In this document: piece by piece, positions 1-12,849 of the stretch
How positions within the stretch are numbered: position 1 is the first letter of the stretch
How the letters are laid out: each line of letters starts with the position of its first letter
NCBI RefSeq assembly: GCF_035594765.1
Contig: NC_085841.1
Span: 47,723,636-47,787,635 of the forward strand
DNA: 64,000 nucleotides
Reading direction: 5' to 3'
Origin: Anolis carolinensis
Taxonomy: Eukaryota
Position numbers and translations under genes: made by a program
The notes under the pieces: model-generated
Told to the model about the DNA's origin: nothing
The model's input: only the letters and a program-made list of their open reading frames with translations
Databases searched by the model: none

Positions 1-427
1 CATTCTTTTTTCCAATAGTCTTTGTGGCTCTGTCACTGAAAGTAAAGGCATTTATCATCTTTATTACAGACCTCTGAACTTCTTCCAATTTATCTGTGCT
101 TTTCTAACAGCAAAAAAGCCAGAGTCACATGCTGTGTCTGCTCTGAGCTGGGACTGGGCTCAGTCAAAGCCTCTCCAAGAGATTCATTTTATTTCATAAT
201 AGAACATATTGTTACTGCAAAACAGAATGTTTATTGAAGCAGTGGATATTTACAGCAGAAAACATTCACTTCTCATACTAAGGGGGTACTTGACAACCAA
301 GCTATAAAACAACTCCCTAGAAGATCTCAAATCCTCAAGAGGATTCATACCAGATCCATGTTATGATCAAAAGTAGTGGCTTTTTAAAGATGTGGTCTAA
401 ATAAAGGAATTTCTTGAGCTCTTAGAG

Positions 428-562
428 CAGTGTTTCTCAACCTGTGGGTCCCCAGATGTTTTGACCTTCAACTCCCAGAAATGCTAACAGCTAGTAAACT
501 GGCTGGGATTTCTGGGAGTTGTAGGACAAAACACCTGGGGACCCAAAGATTGAGAACCATTG
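428..562. mobile_element. hAT MITE with SPIN-like termini
   Basis: TIRs CAGTGTTTCTCAACCT / AGATTGAGAACCATTG, palindromic body, 8-bp TSD tcttagag (420-427) / tcctagag (563-570). Confidence 0.85.
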
Positions 563-2889
563 TCCTAGAGCAAGCTTCCAAGTTCTAGAAACTTAGAGAA
601 TGGAACAGGCAGAGCTAAATGAAAGTCAGACTTTCTAACTAGATTGGAAGCCTCTCACAGAAAAGCAGATACTTAGCCATCTTATTGTCTTCTGGAATTC
701 TCTTCTAGAATAATGAGACCTAACTTTACTGAGTGCAAAATGATCTTTTTCACTTCACAGAGAGTTATGTGTTAGTATCTACACCTCAAGCACATATTGA
801 AAAACTATCAACTTGGTGCTAATGCCACACCCAATACAGAGTCCCTGATGGATCACTTTTGGAACTGGAGAGAATGAAAGAGGGTGGTTACTTACTTTTT
901 TCATATGAGCTTTCCTCCTTAGTATAGTACATTTTGTTTGGGGGGGGGGGCTCAGAGGCTGAATCCATATGAAGCATTTGCACCCAGAATGGTACTTACT
1001 ATAGTTGGCTCCCACAGTGGGACAGTGACCTGCTAAATTAGTTCAAGTGAAACTTTGTCACAATTCAATTGAGTGTTGCCACATATCTCATTATTCATTT
1101 GTTTGTACATTTGAATGTACTTCCATTATATATCAGGGTGGTTGATCAAATAAATAAAACAATTACAATGTAAATATTTTTTTAAAATATAACATATAAG
1201 CCACAATAACAGATAAAGATCAGTAAACAAACAGAAGGATTTTTTTAAAAAAAGATGCCAAATAGAATTTAAAGGCCTTTGCCTGGAACCAAATGGCCAA
1301 AAATTCTTATTCTGTTGGTGAATTGGCAGCAATGGAGAGAAAAAGTGAACTACAGAACTGCTGTGAAGGCAGTCAGACACTGGAGAAACAGGCTGAGTGG
1401 AACTGGCAGGTTTTGTGTAGATATCTTAATGCAGAAATAGGTGGCTATGGAGACAGGTATCTGTCAGAAACTGTGTCATGCCATCACAAATTTTCTTTGT
1501 TGTCAAAATAAATCCAATGCTCTGACTTGGTATAAGACAGTTTCCTTTCTTACTAAACATCACAGCAGGAAAAATTTAAATGCAAACACAGATCACAGCT
1601 GGTGAAAGGGGACTACAGACATAGCACTGCAGACCTCAAACATTTGGAATGGGATTTGGTAAAGGCCCACTTCCTACTGTGACAATCCTCTTCTGGTAGA
1701 TTAGTGTCTTTCCTGACTGGTAAAATTAAATGATGCGGTGCCACTAGGATGTAGAACTTATGATAGAGTGACAAGCCAAGGAAAGGCAATGCACAACCAT
1801 CGGATTATGATATTAACGAGGAATCTGCCTACTGTGCTGTGTTGCTTTCTGCCCATTCAAAGTGTAGGTTCGATTTATAATGTTTTTGCAAGGAAATCTT
1901 TTACTTCTTAGCAGATAAAAACAGCAATTGGTTCCAGCATGGATTGATTCAAATCAGCGATTTAAATCTCCAAGCAGAAAGCTCTGTTTTAAAGCATTAA
2001 TTCTTATCAGGTTTTCCATGTAAGAAAAAGTCAGCCTATTCATAATGCAGAGTGACTGAAGCAGATTGATAGCTTACATTACTCTTCTCTCCTATGTCAT
2101 GGAGCTAGGAGCAGTACTCTTTGGTTATGGTATCTCCTCTTCATTCATATTCCCATGATGACCAACAGTGGATTATGTTTGTGGGTTTAATTCTGACATC
2201 TCAGTCCACAGATAAATGCTGCTGCCGGCGTAACACTGTTAGATAATACCACACTCACAAGCACATACTTCTCCCATTTCGTTTTGTTATGTTGAAAATT
2301 TCAAACAACAATATTCTGTGACTGATTGAATCAAAACACATTTTCTTTCCAGACTCACTACCCACACTCTTTTATCAATATCATTTCTTAATACCTTCAG
2401 ACCATATGCCAGAGTGATTGTGGCTTTTACGCAAACATTTTAAATTGACCCAACCAGAACTACTTAATCAAAATGAGAACTGTTTCTTTACCAAAGTAAA
2501 GAAGCAAATAAAATTCAGACGTTTCAAGGTGAGAAGTAAAATAGACTTTTAAGTCAAACTTTGACCTGTAATCAATGTAACATTTATTTTGGATGTATAT
2601 ATTCCCCCATAATACCCCCAGCACACACACAAACACACACACACACACTTCTATACTCATAATGAACTGGCTAATCCCCATAGCAAAATGTAGAGCCATA
2701 GCATCTTTCCAAGCAGCAGATTATGTAATCAGTTTGGCTAAGAGGGCTAGCCAGATGCTTCTGTGATCCCCCCCTCTTCTTCTCTGCCAACCATGTAATG
2801 GGTATTCAGGGAGGCTAAGAAGGAAAATAATTGGGAGGGGGTGTTGTACAGAGTAGGAAAGCATACCAAGCTCTGCCACAACTAGAAGA

Positions 2890-3298
2890 GACATATATGT
2901 ATCAGTCAACCTTGTGTAAAAATCAGTGGTAGGTTATGGGGCCAAATTTATGGGTTTTGATATTCCCTATGGATAAATTGAGAGAGGGAAAAAACATCAA
3001 TACTCTCTCAGAGGACCAATTGCCCCTGACTCTCGTCACCATTTTCCCATCTAGGCATTCCCAAAAAAAATCCAGAAGTGTCATTGCAGTAGAAAAAGTA
3101 GAGGGGGTCAGTATTTCTTTTAGGTTCTTCTGGGACAGACTACTCTCTTGCCTTTCACCACCAGAGAAGTGAATGGTTCCTTTGTTGATAAAAGTTAAGG
3201 TACGGTATTCACATTGACCCATGGATAAGTCAACCCGAGTTTTTTGGATTGACTTTTTGACTAAAATTTCTAGACTTCTACATGAGTATATATAGGGT
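2890..3298. mobile_element. Old Tc1/mariner (Tc2-like) non-autonomous element
   Basis: Ends ...TAGACTTCTACATGAGTATATATAGGGTA. Alignable by eye to a second copy at ~10958-11468 (shared CCATGGATAAGT, CAGGCATTC and CATTGACCCA.GGATAAGT blocks). Confidence 0.55.
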
Positions 3299-4180
3299 AC
3301 TCTGAAGTGAATTTAGCTTACATGTGTCATGAATAGCATGCCAGCCACTAATTTCAAGCCCATTTTCCAAACAGGCTGACATAGTGATGTATCAAGATAT
3401 GCTTTTCACTAGTCAAGCATGTCACATGGATGACTCAGTCAACACCTTCACTATCCAGCATTTTAAGGTTGTTCAGCATTTGCAGATCTTATGACTTGGA
3501 AGCCAGTCATAGCACAGATGACCATGGTAAAAAAAATTAAACAGTTAAATAGGTGTATATATCAAAAGGACATGAATTGATGACAAGGTAGGTAATGCAC
3601 ATTTCTCCATGTGGAAAGGATGGCAGTCAGGGAGCCTGTCAAACAAGGAATTAACTATGTTCTGGGGATGAGCCAGAAGGTGTAACCTTTTATATAACTA
3701 GAAATTTCTTTTAAATTGATGTCTCTTCTTCCTGCTTGTTATAATGAACTATGTATCGATTTTGAATCATATGTTATATATGTATAAATATATATACAAG
3801 TGAAAGACCTAAGACTGATGCAACTATAAATTGTAGAATCAGCTGAAGACATTTTGCTGCCTGAATCAGAATAGCAAATGATACCCCTCACCCAACTAAG
3901 CAACATATGTCCCCAAAAACAGCCAAGCCATTTTGGTGCTTGAGCCAGAAAATCCGTCAGACACCTCTCCCCACCTCTAGTTCTAACACATACTTTAAAA
4001 AATTAAATAGCTAGCAATTTCCTGCCCTTTTGTGACTTCCAAAATGCACTGTCTGAGATGTTGCCCATTGTTGTTCTTCATGGTGGGGCTGTCCCTATAC
4101 TGCTTGACCTCCTAAGAGAAGGGAAATGGTTGCTGTGGAGAAGTAGTGTGACTCCAGTGTCTGGTGCCACTCTCTTACAG

Positions 4181-4305
4181 GCTCCTTAAATCTCTTGGTT
4201 CACGTGAAGAATAAACAGCCCACACAAGCCTTGTCAATCAAGGGGGACCAAGGAAATTTGTGGCAACAAGCACATGTTCCTATCAACCCTGCAGGACCTT
4301 TCCAG
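4181..4305 (+). CDS. MDGA1: MDGA1 internal coding exon (MAM domain, third from last)
   Basis: Acceptor tctcttacAG at 4171-4180 and donor GTAAG at 4306. 125 nt, phase 1 in and phase 0 out. Translates (G)SLNLLVHVKNKQPTQALSIKGDQGNLWQQAHVPINPAGPFQ, matching recalled vertebrate MDGA1 'GSLNLLVR...GNVWQQAHVPISPSGPFQ'. Confidence 0.93.
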
Positions 4306-4888
4306 GTAAGAAGATCTATGGGGGCCCCAAGGACATAGCTGCCTGGCTTGGGGTTAGCAAAGCCAATGGCGAAAGGGTCCCAAAGCCAGTTCACTTCTAG
4401 ACTTGTTGTTGTGGAGAAGAAAGCAAAGAGCCTAGGATGACTTATCAATGCTTAGGCTGTATTTCTCTTGAATAACCAGATACCAGTGTTGCTGTTTGAA
4501 CGCCAGGTTACTGTTAGTAATATTTGTTCAAGAAGAAGGTTATTTTGTTATAGGTTATTTTTCATAAGGTGCCTTTCTCCCCAGCATTAATATCTCAGTT
4601 TCTGTCCACGAGCATATGGTTTGTGAAAGCTACCATTCACTGATTATTTTTGAAAAACGAATGTTTCTATGGGACATTGGTTAGAAGCAGACATGAGAGG
4701 AAATATGCTGCTGCCATCAAAAGCAATACTCCTGCCCTGTACTAATAGTATACAACTGAGGCATGGACCCAAGGAGGTTTGGGTTCAAACTCTCCTCAGT
4801 CAAGAAGTTTGAGTCTGTGTGATTTTTAACCTTCACACTGGAGTTATACTAGGTATCCCTGCATGTCATTCAAGAGAAGATGACTTAT

Positions 4889-5131
4889 GACCTCTTCACA
4901 CATCCCTAGCCCTTGTGCCGTTTTGCCGGCAGTCACATGGGGTGCCCTGCAGCGCCCCACACATCCTCGCTCCTTCCTTCCTCTCTGTAGTTGCCAAGGA
5001 AGTGTCTTGCAACATTTCCTCAGCACTTGGAGGGTCAATGGGGCGGGGCCTGCCAAGCATCATGTGATGGTGCTCAGCAGGCCTCGTCCCCAAATGCTGC
5101 AACGGGGCAATTTGCCCAAGCGTGATGAGGT
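4889..5131. mobile_element. GC-rich PIF/Harbinger-like MITE (degraded)
   Basis: Termini GACCTCTTCACAC ... GCGTGATGAGGT resemble those of the intact element at 41546-41900. Confidence 0.5.
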
Positions 5132-5160
5132 GGTTGGTTTTCCCAGTAGGGGAATGTGCA

Positions 5161-5212
5161 CTTATTTATTTATTTATTTATTTAATTTATATACCGCTCT
5201 TCTCCCCAGGGG
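5161..5212 (-). mobile_element. L2-type LINE 3' end with (TTTA)n tail
   Basis: TTTATTTA...TTTATATACCGCTCTTCTCCC is the reverse complement of the recurrent squamate L2 terminus. Confidence 0.5.
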
Positions 5213-5779
5213 GAGAAGTACTTAGAGGAAGGGTGCTTTAGCTTAGCGCTAGAGTGCTGTCTTTGTACATAAAAGGTCACTCAATGGGATGTCCAGATAC
5301 CACTGGAAAAGTATTTATTCAGATAGATGGAGCAATAGCCGATCTCCTCCTTTCCCAGCAATAGGAAATATATCAGTGAAACCATCAACAAAATCCATCC
5401 TGTTTAACATTCCAACCAGCTATTTACCCATTTATAAAGATGATCCCATACTCTGTCAGTGTCTTCACTGTGATTATATAGAATCATGTTAAGTCATTGA
5501 GATGAAAGTGTCCCCCCCCCACCCCCCGCCAAGCTCTCTGTGGGAATTAACGCTTCTTGACCTTTGGGCTCACATCAAGTGTATTCTTACTTCAGTGCAG
5601 TGGCACCTGCAGTTTAGAATGTTACTTTAGCAATATAGCAGGCATAATGTTACAATTAGAATTTTTAAAAGTGAATTTTAGAATTTTACAACCCCTGGGC
5701 TGTTGCAGAAATCCCAACTGTCCTTCCACTCACCTTAAAGTCACCTCAGTGTCAATGCAATATTCCTTTGGAATTGTAT

Positions 5780-6001
5780 AAGTATGACTCCTGTATCCAT
5801 GGGAATATGTTCCAGGACTTTGCATGGATATGCAAAACCACAGATAATAGTAAACCCTAATGATATCAAGAGCCTCTGACCCAATGATATCTCAGAGTCA
5901 TGCTAAAGAATCTAGAAAATGTCTAAAGAGAACATATTTTCTTGGTCATTGATAAATGAAACCATGAATCCTGTTCCTACAGATGTGGTGGCTGTTCTGT
6001 A
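5780..6001. mobile_element. Degraded Tigger/mariner-type MITE
   Basis: Motif GTATCCATGGG..ATGTTCCAGGAC...AAAACCACAGATAATAG and a CTGTA right end. Confidence 0.4.
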
Positions 6002-6051
6002 ATTTTAAAAGTTGCAACTTGTAATTACATCAGAAAAATGATGTAATACGG

Positions 6052-6128
6052 TATTATTATTTATTTATTTATTTGCGACATTTATATACCGCCCTTCTCA
6101 CCCCGAAGGGGACTCAGGGCGGTTTACA
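6052..6128 (-). mobile_element. L2-type LINE 3' end
   Basis: TTTATATACCGCCCTTCTCACCCCGAAGGGGACTCAGGGCGGTTTACA, containing the terminal stem-loop and an AT-rich tail. Confidence 0.65.
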
Positions 6129-6286
6129 AGTATATATACATACAATATATTATATTATACAACTATATTGCAATATTATTAGTAATATTGCATGTAATAT
6201 AAATATACAATTATAATAGTGAATTATAATTATTAATACATTGTATTACAACATAATATTATTAATATTAATATTATATATATTCA

Positions 6287-6316
6287 TGTGTGTGCGTGTG
6301 TGTGTGTGTGCATGCG

Positions 6317-6347
<31 letters not shown>
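6287..6347. repeat. (TG)n...(CA)n imperfect inverted microsatellite
   Basis: Seen directly. Confidence 0.85.
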
Positions 6348-6348
<1 letters not shown>

Positions 6349-6796
6349 AAGCATGTTACTGGTAGGAGGGGCCTTCAGCTGGAGCAAGGAGACAAGATGG
6401 AGACTGTTACATTAGTTACATCTGACAACAATGCCTCGTCATTACAAAAACAAATGAAATGTCAATTGTTTTTGCTATTGTTTTTACCTGTTCTTAATTA
6501 TATTTTGGCTTGTCTGTATTGTATTCTAACATAAAATGTGAGCCACTTTGGGAAATAGGCAAAAAAATTTAAAAAATTAAAATGCTAACTGGTTCCTTTC
6601 ATACTCTGGCAATGTCACTTTGGGAGAAAATAAAGAAAGGAAATCTGAGGACACTGCTGTAAATGGCAGTCACATTATAGAATGGCTCGTTTCTGCATTG
6701 GGAACAACTGTTTTAGAAGGCATTTTTGATTTATGAGCCAAGCAGATTCTTGCTTCTATTGTCACTGTTTTGCAATAAATGCAGTGCAGTCATAGG

Positions 6797-7115
6797 TAAA
6801 GGTAAAGGTTTCCCCTGACGTTAAGTCCAGTCATGTCTGACTCTGGGGTGTGGTGCTCATCTCCATTTCTAAGCTGAAGAGCCGGCGCTGTCCTTAGACA
6901 CCTCCAAGGTCATGTGGCTGGCATGACTGCATGGAGCCCCGTTACCTTCCCGACGGAGCGGTAGCTATTGATCTACTCACATTGGCATGTTTTCAAACTG
7001 CTAGGTTGGCAGGTTGGCAGGAGCTGGAGCTAACAGCAGCCGCTCCCGGGGTTTGAACCTGGGACCTTTCGGTCTCCAGCTCAGAGCTTTAACGCACTTT
7101 GCCACCGGGACTCCT
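6797..7115 (-). mobile_element. Full-length Sauria SINE
   Basis: tRNA-like head on the - strand (B box GGTTCAAACCC), (ACCTTT)n tail, and 18-bp direct repeat ATGCAGTGCAGTCATAGG at 6779-6796 and 7116-7133 (TSD). Confidence 0.93.
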
Positions 7116-7474
7116 ATGCAGTGCAGTCATAGGATCCTCTATTTGCCTGTTTGTTTATTGTCTCTGCTACTCTATGTTTAGTAGCATTTTGACTCACAGA
7201 AACATGACAGGTAAAGTTTTTCTTGGTGTTGAGATAAATAGGAAGGAAAATGGAACCATCTAACACTGTTTTATTAAATTAGGTTTTCTAGGAATCTGTT
7301 CAAATGTTGATATTCATACAGCAGTTTGTGAGTACTAACACGGGAACTCATTGTGACTCTGACTACAGTTGTTTGTGAATGCTACCTTTGACTAGGTTTT
7401 TAATATAGGCTTTATTTCTGAAGAGGTGTTGTCTCATGGACAACACCTCTTCAGCATTTTAGATTTTTCAAGTA

Positions 7475-7797
7475 CAGTAGAGTCTCGCATATCCAACGTA
7501 AACGAGCCGGCAGAACGTTGGATTAGCGAATATGTTGGATAGTAAGGAGAAATTAAGGAAAAGCCTACTAAACATCAAATTAGGTTATGATTTTACAAAT
7601 TAAGCACCAAAATATCATGTTACACAACAAATTTGACAGAAAAAATAGTTCAATAAACAGTAATGCTATGTAGTAATTACTGTATTTACGAATTTAGCAC
7701 CAAAATATCACGATGTATTGAAAACATTGACTACAAAAATGCGTTGGATAATCCAGAACGTTGGATAAGCGAGTGTTGGATAAGTGAGACTCTACTG
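7475..7797. mobile_element. Tc1/mariner MITE
   Basis: TIR CAGTAGAGTCTC(G/A)C(A/T)TATCCAAC at both ends with TA TSD (7473-7474, 7798-7799). A second copy lies inverted at 33106-33425. Confidence 0.92.
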
Positions 7798-9076
7798 TAT
7801 TTTAGATTTTTCGTATTTCTTCAGTTCTAAGATGCCATCGATTGTAAGATGCACACTAATTTCAGTTTATTTACACATGAAAAAGGCAACCACAATTCCA
7901 AGATCCATTAGAAGTCTTACACTCCTAATGGGGATCCCCTCCTAGACCCCTCTTTGGACTTCTTTCAGCATCTGGAAGCTATCTTATCATCAGTAAAGAC
8001 AGGATATTTCATGAAAACAAAGTTACGCCCAATAACATCGCCATAATATGATTTAATATACAGTTGTTTCTGTGATCAGGATTTAAGCTATTGATTTTAA
8101 AAACCTCAAAATCAAAACCTTGTAACGGGAATCTTTCAATGTAACAGTAGCCACAGATTCCCTTCTCAGATTCTTTGCACTGCAGACCTAAAACTCTCTT
8201 AATAGTCATTCCCTGTCCTCAGGGAATACCAGGAGCTCTATTTTCAGAAGGCACATCAAGGACACACCTAATTCTCATGGTGAATGACAGTTTCTAAGAT
8301 GGAATTTGGGGGTAAAGCCATAATAGCTCAATGGGTTTGAAAAATCAGACATAAATCTGTTCTGTAAGCAGGGGTTATGTTTGAGGACGTACAGGGCAGC
8401 AGCAGCTTATTATTCCAATGCCTTTGGTTTTTTGTGCTACAGGTGTTTATTCCTAAAGCATTTAATGTGAATTTTATGTCCTGCATCCTATTTTCTTTAT
8501 TCAGTGAATGATATTTTTATGAATTCATGAATACAGCACATCTGTGCACATTTGCTTTGTTCTTACTTAGCTCAGAAGTGCAAAGCATGCTTTTGGGTGC
8601 CATAAAGCAATAATCATGTTACTTGCCAATGTGCTGTTCATTGCTTGTTGCTCAGTTATGACTGTGCACTTAATGACAATAGGGATGGGCTACTAATTTG
8701 TTATTACTTGGTTGCTTATGAGCCCACTCCAGTGCTATTCCTTCGATGTACAGGCTAGACATTGTCTTTATTCCTATGGTAATGGTTCTGATTTCTGGGC
8801 CATTTAGATTTTACAGTGGACGAAGCATAAACATCAGCGTTTGCCATGTATATGTATGAGTGTTACAATATGGAGGTGTGCCCCAAGGTTATTTCGCTTC
8901 TTCCACCTGACCTATGCGCTTTCTTGTCAGTCCATAAGAATTATCCAGACCATTTTCAAATGACCACTTCAAAGTGTCGTACAGGTACATCTAGACTGCT
9001 GTATCATTTTCCCAATTGACCTTTCAAAACCCATAGTGCAATATCAAGTTTATGCACAATGATGAGATAGATACAG

Positions 9077-9079
<3 letters not shown>

Positions 9080-9135
<56 letters not shown>
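9080..9135. repeat. (GT)14(AC)14 perfect palindromic microsatellite
   Basis: Seen directly. Confidence 0.95.
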
Positions 9136-9139
<4 letters not shown>

Positions 9140-10673
9140 TATGAAGATCTAAAGTTTCAATCCCATGCTCAAATATCTGAGAATAAGCTCCATTGAATTC
9201 AGTGGAACTCACATCAGAGCAAACATGTTGTCAGATTGCATGTGCCATTGAAAGGAATAAGCATTCAGCAATTTTGCCACTTTTAAAAACATAATCTGGT
9301 TAACTGTGTAAATACCATAGCATGGTGAGTAACCATACTGTAGCACATACCTTTTAGAAAAGAAAAAATCATCAAAAAAAATAGTAAAAGCAATGGGAGA
9401 GGGAAATTGTTCCACTCTTCGCTAATAACCTAACATGATCCAGTTGGGGTGTGTGGCCAACCAAATTCCATAGAGCAATCACAATAGCAAGAAGCATTTC
9501 ATCTTGGGGAAAACATTACATTGCAAAATATTGATCTCAGACAATAGGATCTCTCAGCAAAAGAAAGAGGCATGTAGCAAATTGAAAATGCGGGTGTTCT
9601 TATTGTACACGCTCACATATACAAACATGCAAGACTAGTATTGAAAATGAAGCACATGGGCATAAAAGGTCTAGATACTTTTTTGGGTTTTGTATTATTC
9701 CTACACGCACACCTTCAACTTAAGTTATTGAACAATTATTTCCAGTGCTTAGAAAAGCTGCTGGCGTGGCCACTGTGCTTTTAAAAAGAAGGAATATTTC
9801 TAAGCTTCCATTTTGTTCTTTTGAACTGACCTAAACCTCCTGGATTCATCTATAGTTTGGAACATATAGCTATCAGATTTCATACATTTCCTAAACATTG
9901 GGGTTCAGTGTTTGGCTCTTAAAATGTGCTGAGATGTATTTAAAGATAGCCATTTTAGGATAAAAGACATTTAGAAGTGTGCACATTTAAAAATATATCT
10001 TTGGAAATACAAGTTTTGTAAGAAATTCAAAAATTAGGGGGGGGGGGATTTCATTAGGTTACCATCTTGATAAAAAGTTATAAAATTCATGCTTCCCAAG
10101 TCAATACACAAACCAGGATGCAGTTATCCTTTCATATGCCTACCTGTCAAAATATTGCATTGCAGTCTTCCAAACAAAAATGTGCACAAAAGTGTCTATA
10201 TTATTAAAAATATACAAATGCATTAAAGGGAATTGTTTGCAAAACAAAACATGTATACTTTGAAAAATTATATTATATTTGAAAATCATAAACTCTAGAG
10301 GATGAAACTAACTCAAGACTGGAAAGCTTTAAAATGAAGGCAAACCTAAATTGACAGGTTTCTTCATTCCTGTCAAAAAACAATTTCAAAGAGAAATGTC
10401 TGTACAGTTTTATTAAAAAATGGAGATGAATGTGGGAATGGGACAGAAGAGACATAAAAACAAACACACACCAAACTGGTACAAATTGGGAGTATATACG
10501 TATGTCTTTCCTGCTTCCTATACCTGAAAGTTTTGACTTTGCACTAGCATAACACAGCATTGTGGATCTGTGGAAATCTCAGATAGTATAGCACAGAAAA
10601 TCATCCATTGAATCTTTATTCTTAAAACCAAATTGCAAAATGTGGAGGAAAGGAGGCTAGCACAAGTGAATAT

Positions 10674-10956
10674 CTGAACTTGCAGACTGAAAGGTCCCAG
10701 GTTCAAATCCTGGGCGCCCGCTGTTAGCTCCAGCTTCTGCCAACCTAGCAGTTCGAAAACATGCAAATGTGAGTAGATCAATAGGTACCACTCCGGCGAG
10801 AAGGAAATGGTGCTCCATGTAGTCATGCCGGCCACATGACCTTGGAGGTGTCTACAGACAACGCCGGCTCTTCGGCTTAGAAATGGAGATGAGCACCAAC
10901 CCCCAGAGTCGGACACGACTGGACTTAACATCAGGGGAAACCGTTACCTTACCTTT
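10674..10956 (+). mobile_element. Sauria SINE, 5'-truncated
   Basis: B box GGTTCAAATCC, body matching the 6797 copy, tail ACCGTTACCTTACCTTT. Confidence 0.9.
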
Positions 10957-10957
10957 T

Positions 10958-11468
10958 TATAAATTGAGGTCAGATTTGAGGATTTGAATTATGGATACTG
11001 ATATAATCCATGGATAAGTTGAGAATCATGCCATACAAAAGGGAAAGCACCAATGCTCCCTTTGGTCCTGCCTCTACCATTTCCTTGCCCAGGCATTCAG
11101 AAGGCTAAGAGCAACACCATGGTAGTGATTAGTGGTCCTCAACCTGTGGGTTCCCAGATGTTTTGGCCTTCGACTCCCAGAAATCCTAACAGCTGGTAAA
11201 CTGACTGAGATTTCTGGGAATTGTAGGCCAAAACACCTGGGGACCCACAGGTTGAGAAACTGGATTAGAGGAAGTTGTTGCTTCTTTTAAGTCTATCCGA
11301 GATGGACTGGGCTCTTGACTTTTCCCACTCTACTCAGAATGGGAGGGCTCATTTTTTGACAAGAGTTAATATACATTACTCACGTTGACCCAAGGATAAG
11401 TTAACTCAGGTTTATGGACTGATTTTTTACTATAAAATGTGTAGACTTATACACAGGTATACGTACAG
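10958..11468. mobile_element. Tc2-like element (second copy) interrupted by a hAT MITE at ~11130-11262
   Basis: Similar to 2890-3298. The inner MITE matches the 428-562 family (TCAACCTGTGGG...CCCACAGGTTGAGAA). Confidence 0.6.
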
Positions 11469-11965
11469 ATATATAGAGAGTACATTTGACTATCTGAGCA
11501 CAGCACATTCCATATAGTGCTTTATTATGTGGAGACAGTTAGTGAATGGCTTGTAGCCTCCTCATTCGTAATAGGAGATAAATGTAGAGGTTGCCTGTGC
11601 TCCTTAGAGACTAGGATGTGGCAGAACCTCTGCCCTGAGCTGCCCAGAAAGTCTTGTAACCATAGGAACAGCAGGGATGGCATGGCCTAATGAAGCTGTA
11701 ACTGTCAGGCTTGGAGAATGAAGGCCCCCCCAGAGATTTTCAGGTCTTGAAGAACAGTGCTGTGGCCATTGTGGGAGTGGCCCATAGATATTATAGCAGT
11801 GGAGCAAATATTCATGCCTCACGCTAGGGCTGATGTGTATCCCTCTGTAGCCCACTATTTTCATGGCCTACATCATATTCTGAAGTTCAGAAATAGGGCA
11901 CATAGCGTAATAATGACTCATTAAAATAAATAGGACTATCAAGAAACTGTAAGAACCATGTCTTA

Positions 11966-12159
11966 GAGTAAATCTACACTATAAAATGAATGCAGTTTGG
12001 TGTCACTTTAACTGCCATGGCTCAATGCTATAGAATCCTGGGAGCTGTCATTTTGTAAAGCCTTTAGCTTTCTCTGCCAAATTGTTAGTGCCTCGCCAAA
12101 CTACAACTCTCCAGATTCCAAAGCACAGGGCCACGGCAGTTAAAAAACTGAATGCACCC
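11966..12159. mobile_element. Palindromic PIF/Harbinger MITE (family A)
   Basis: Long internal inverted repeat with TTA on both sides (11963-11965, 12160-12162). Sister copies at 40741, 41953, 51550 and ~56975. Confidence 0.75.
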
Positions 12160-12849
12160 TTAGTGGCTGAGCACATGCTTTGTACATAAAATATCCCAAG
12201 TACGATTCCCTTATTTAGAGTTAGAGTTAGGGTTGGGGAAAAATCCCATGTGAAACCCAAAACAAACATTACTAGTCATTGTCAACAATATTGGACAAGA
12301 TGAAGCAGTGGCCTGATCCAGTGAAAGGCAGCTTCCTCTGCTCTTATATAAATATCCACAAAGGGTGAACAATTTCAGCCTGTCCCAAAAAGTGTAGTGC
12401 TCCTGAAAGATGCTCATACACGAGTATGCCAAATTTAAAATAGTACTCCAGTTTACAAAATAACAAGATATATAAGCTAGTGGAACAGAAAGTTTCTGCT
12501 ACTTTCAGGCTGTGAGTGTGCAGTCTACTTTCCAGAACAAAATAAAGTTTTCCTTAGATATGGAATCCTAGTACTTCAAACAGACAGTTCAGCAAAGCCA
12601 TTTCCTTTAGTAGCTAATGACTTGTGGAGAACTCATCAGGTGGGGAAGGATCAAAAGCTACACTTTGCAGTGTGCCATTGATGTTTTTACCTACCACGTG
12701 AATGACCAACTTAAAAGTGCATTCTCAATTGATTCTTGGTTCTGTAATTGTTAATCGCCATCTAATTGTCTTTGGCTTTTAGCAATCCAAGGACTGAACG
12801 ATTTCCATTCCTCCATCAGTTATTAACAGCTCTGGTTTAATTGTTGGGT

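Noticed and set aside
2231-2250. miR-141/200a-like start TAACACTGT
   Set aside because: Only the seed matches; the remainder differs and no precursor hairpin is evident.
1-4180. Further upstream MDGA1 exons
   Set aside because: No segment encoding the expected preceding MAM sequence (…FYYHMYGKHI) was found; it should lie before the window.
7040-7115. tRNA gene
   Set aside because: The A/B boxes are the head of a Sauria SINE with body, tail and TSD.
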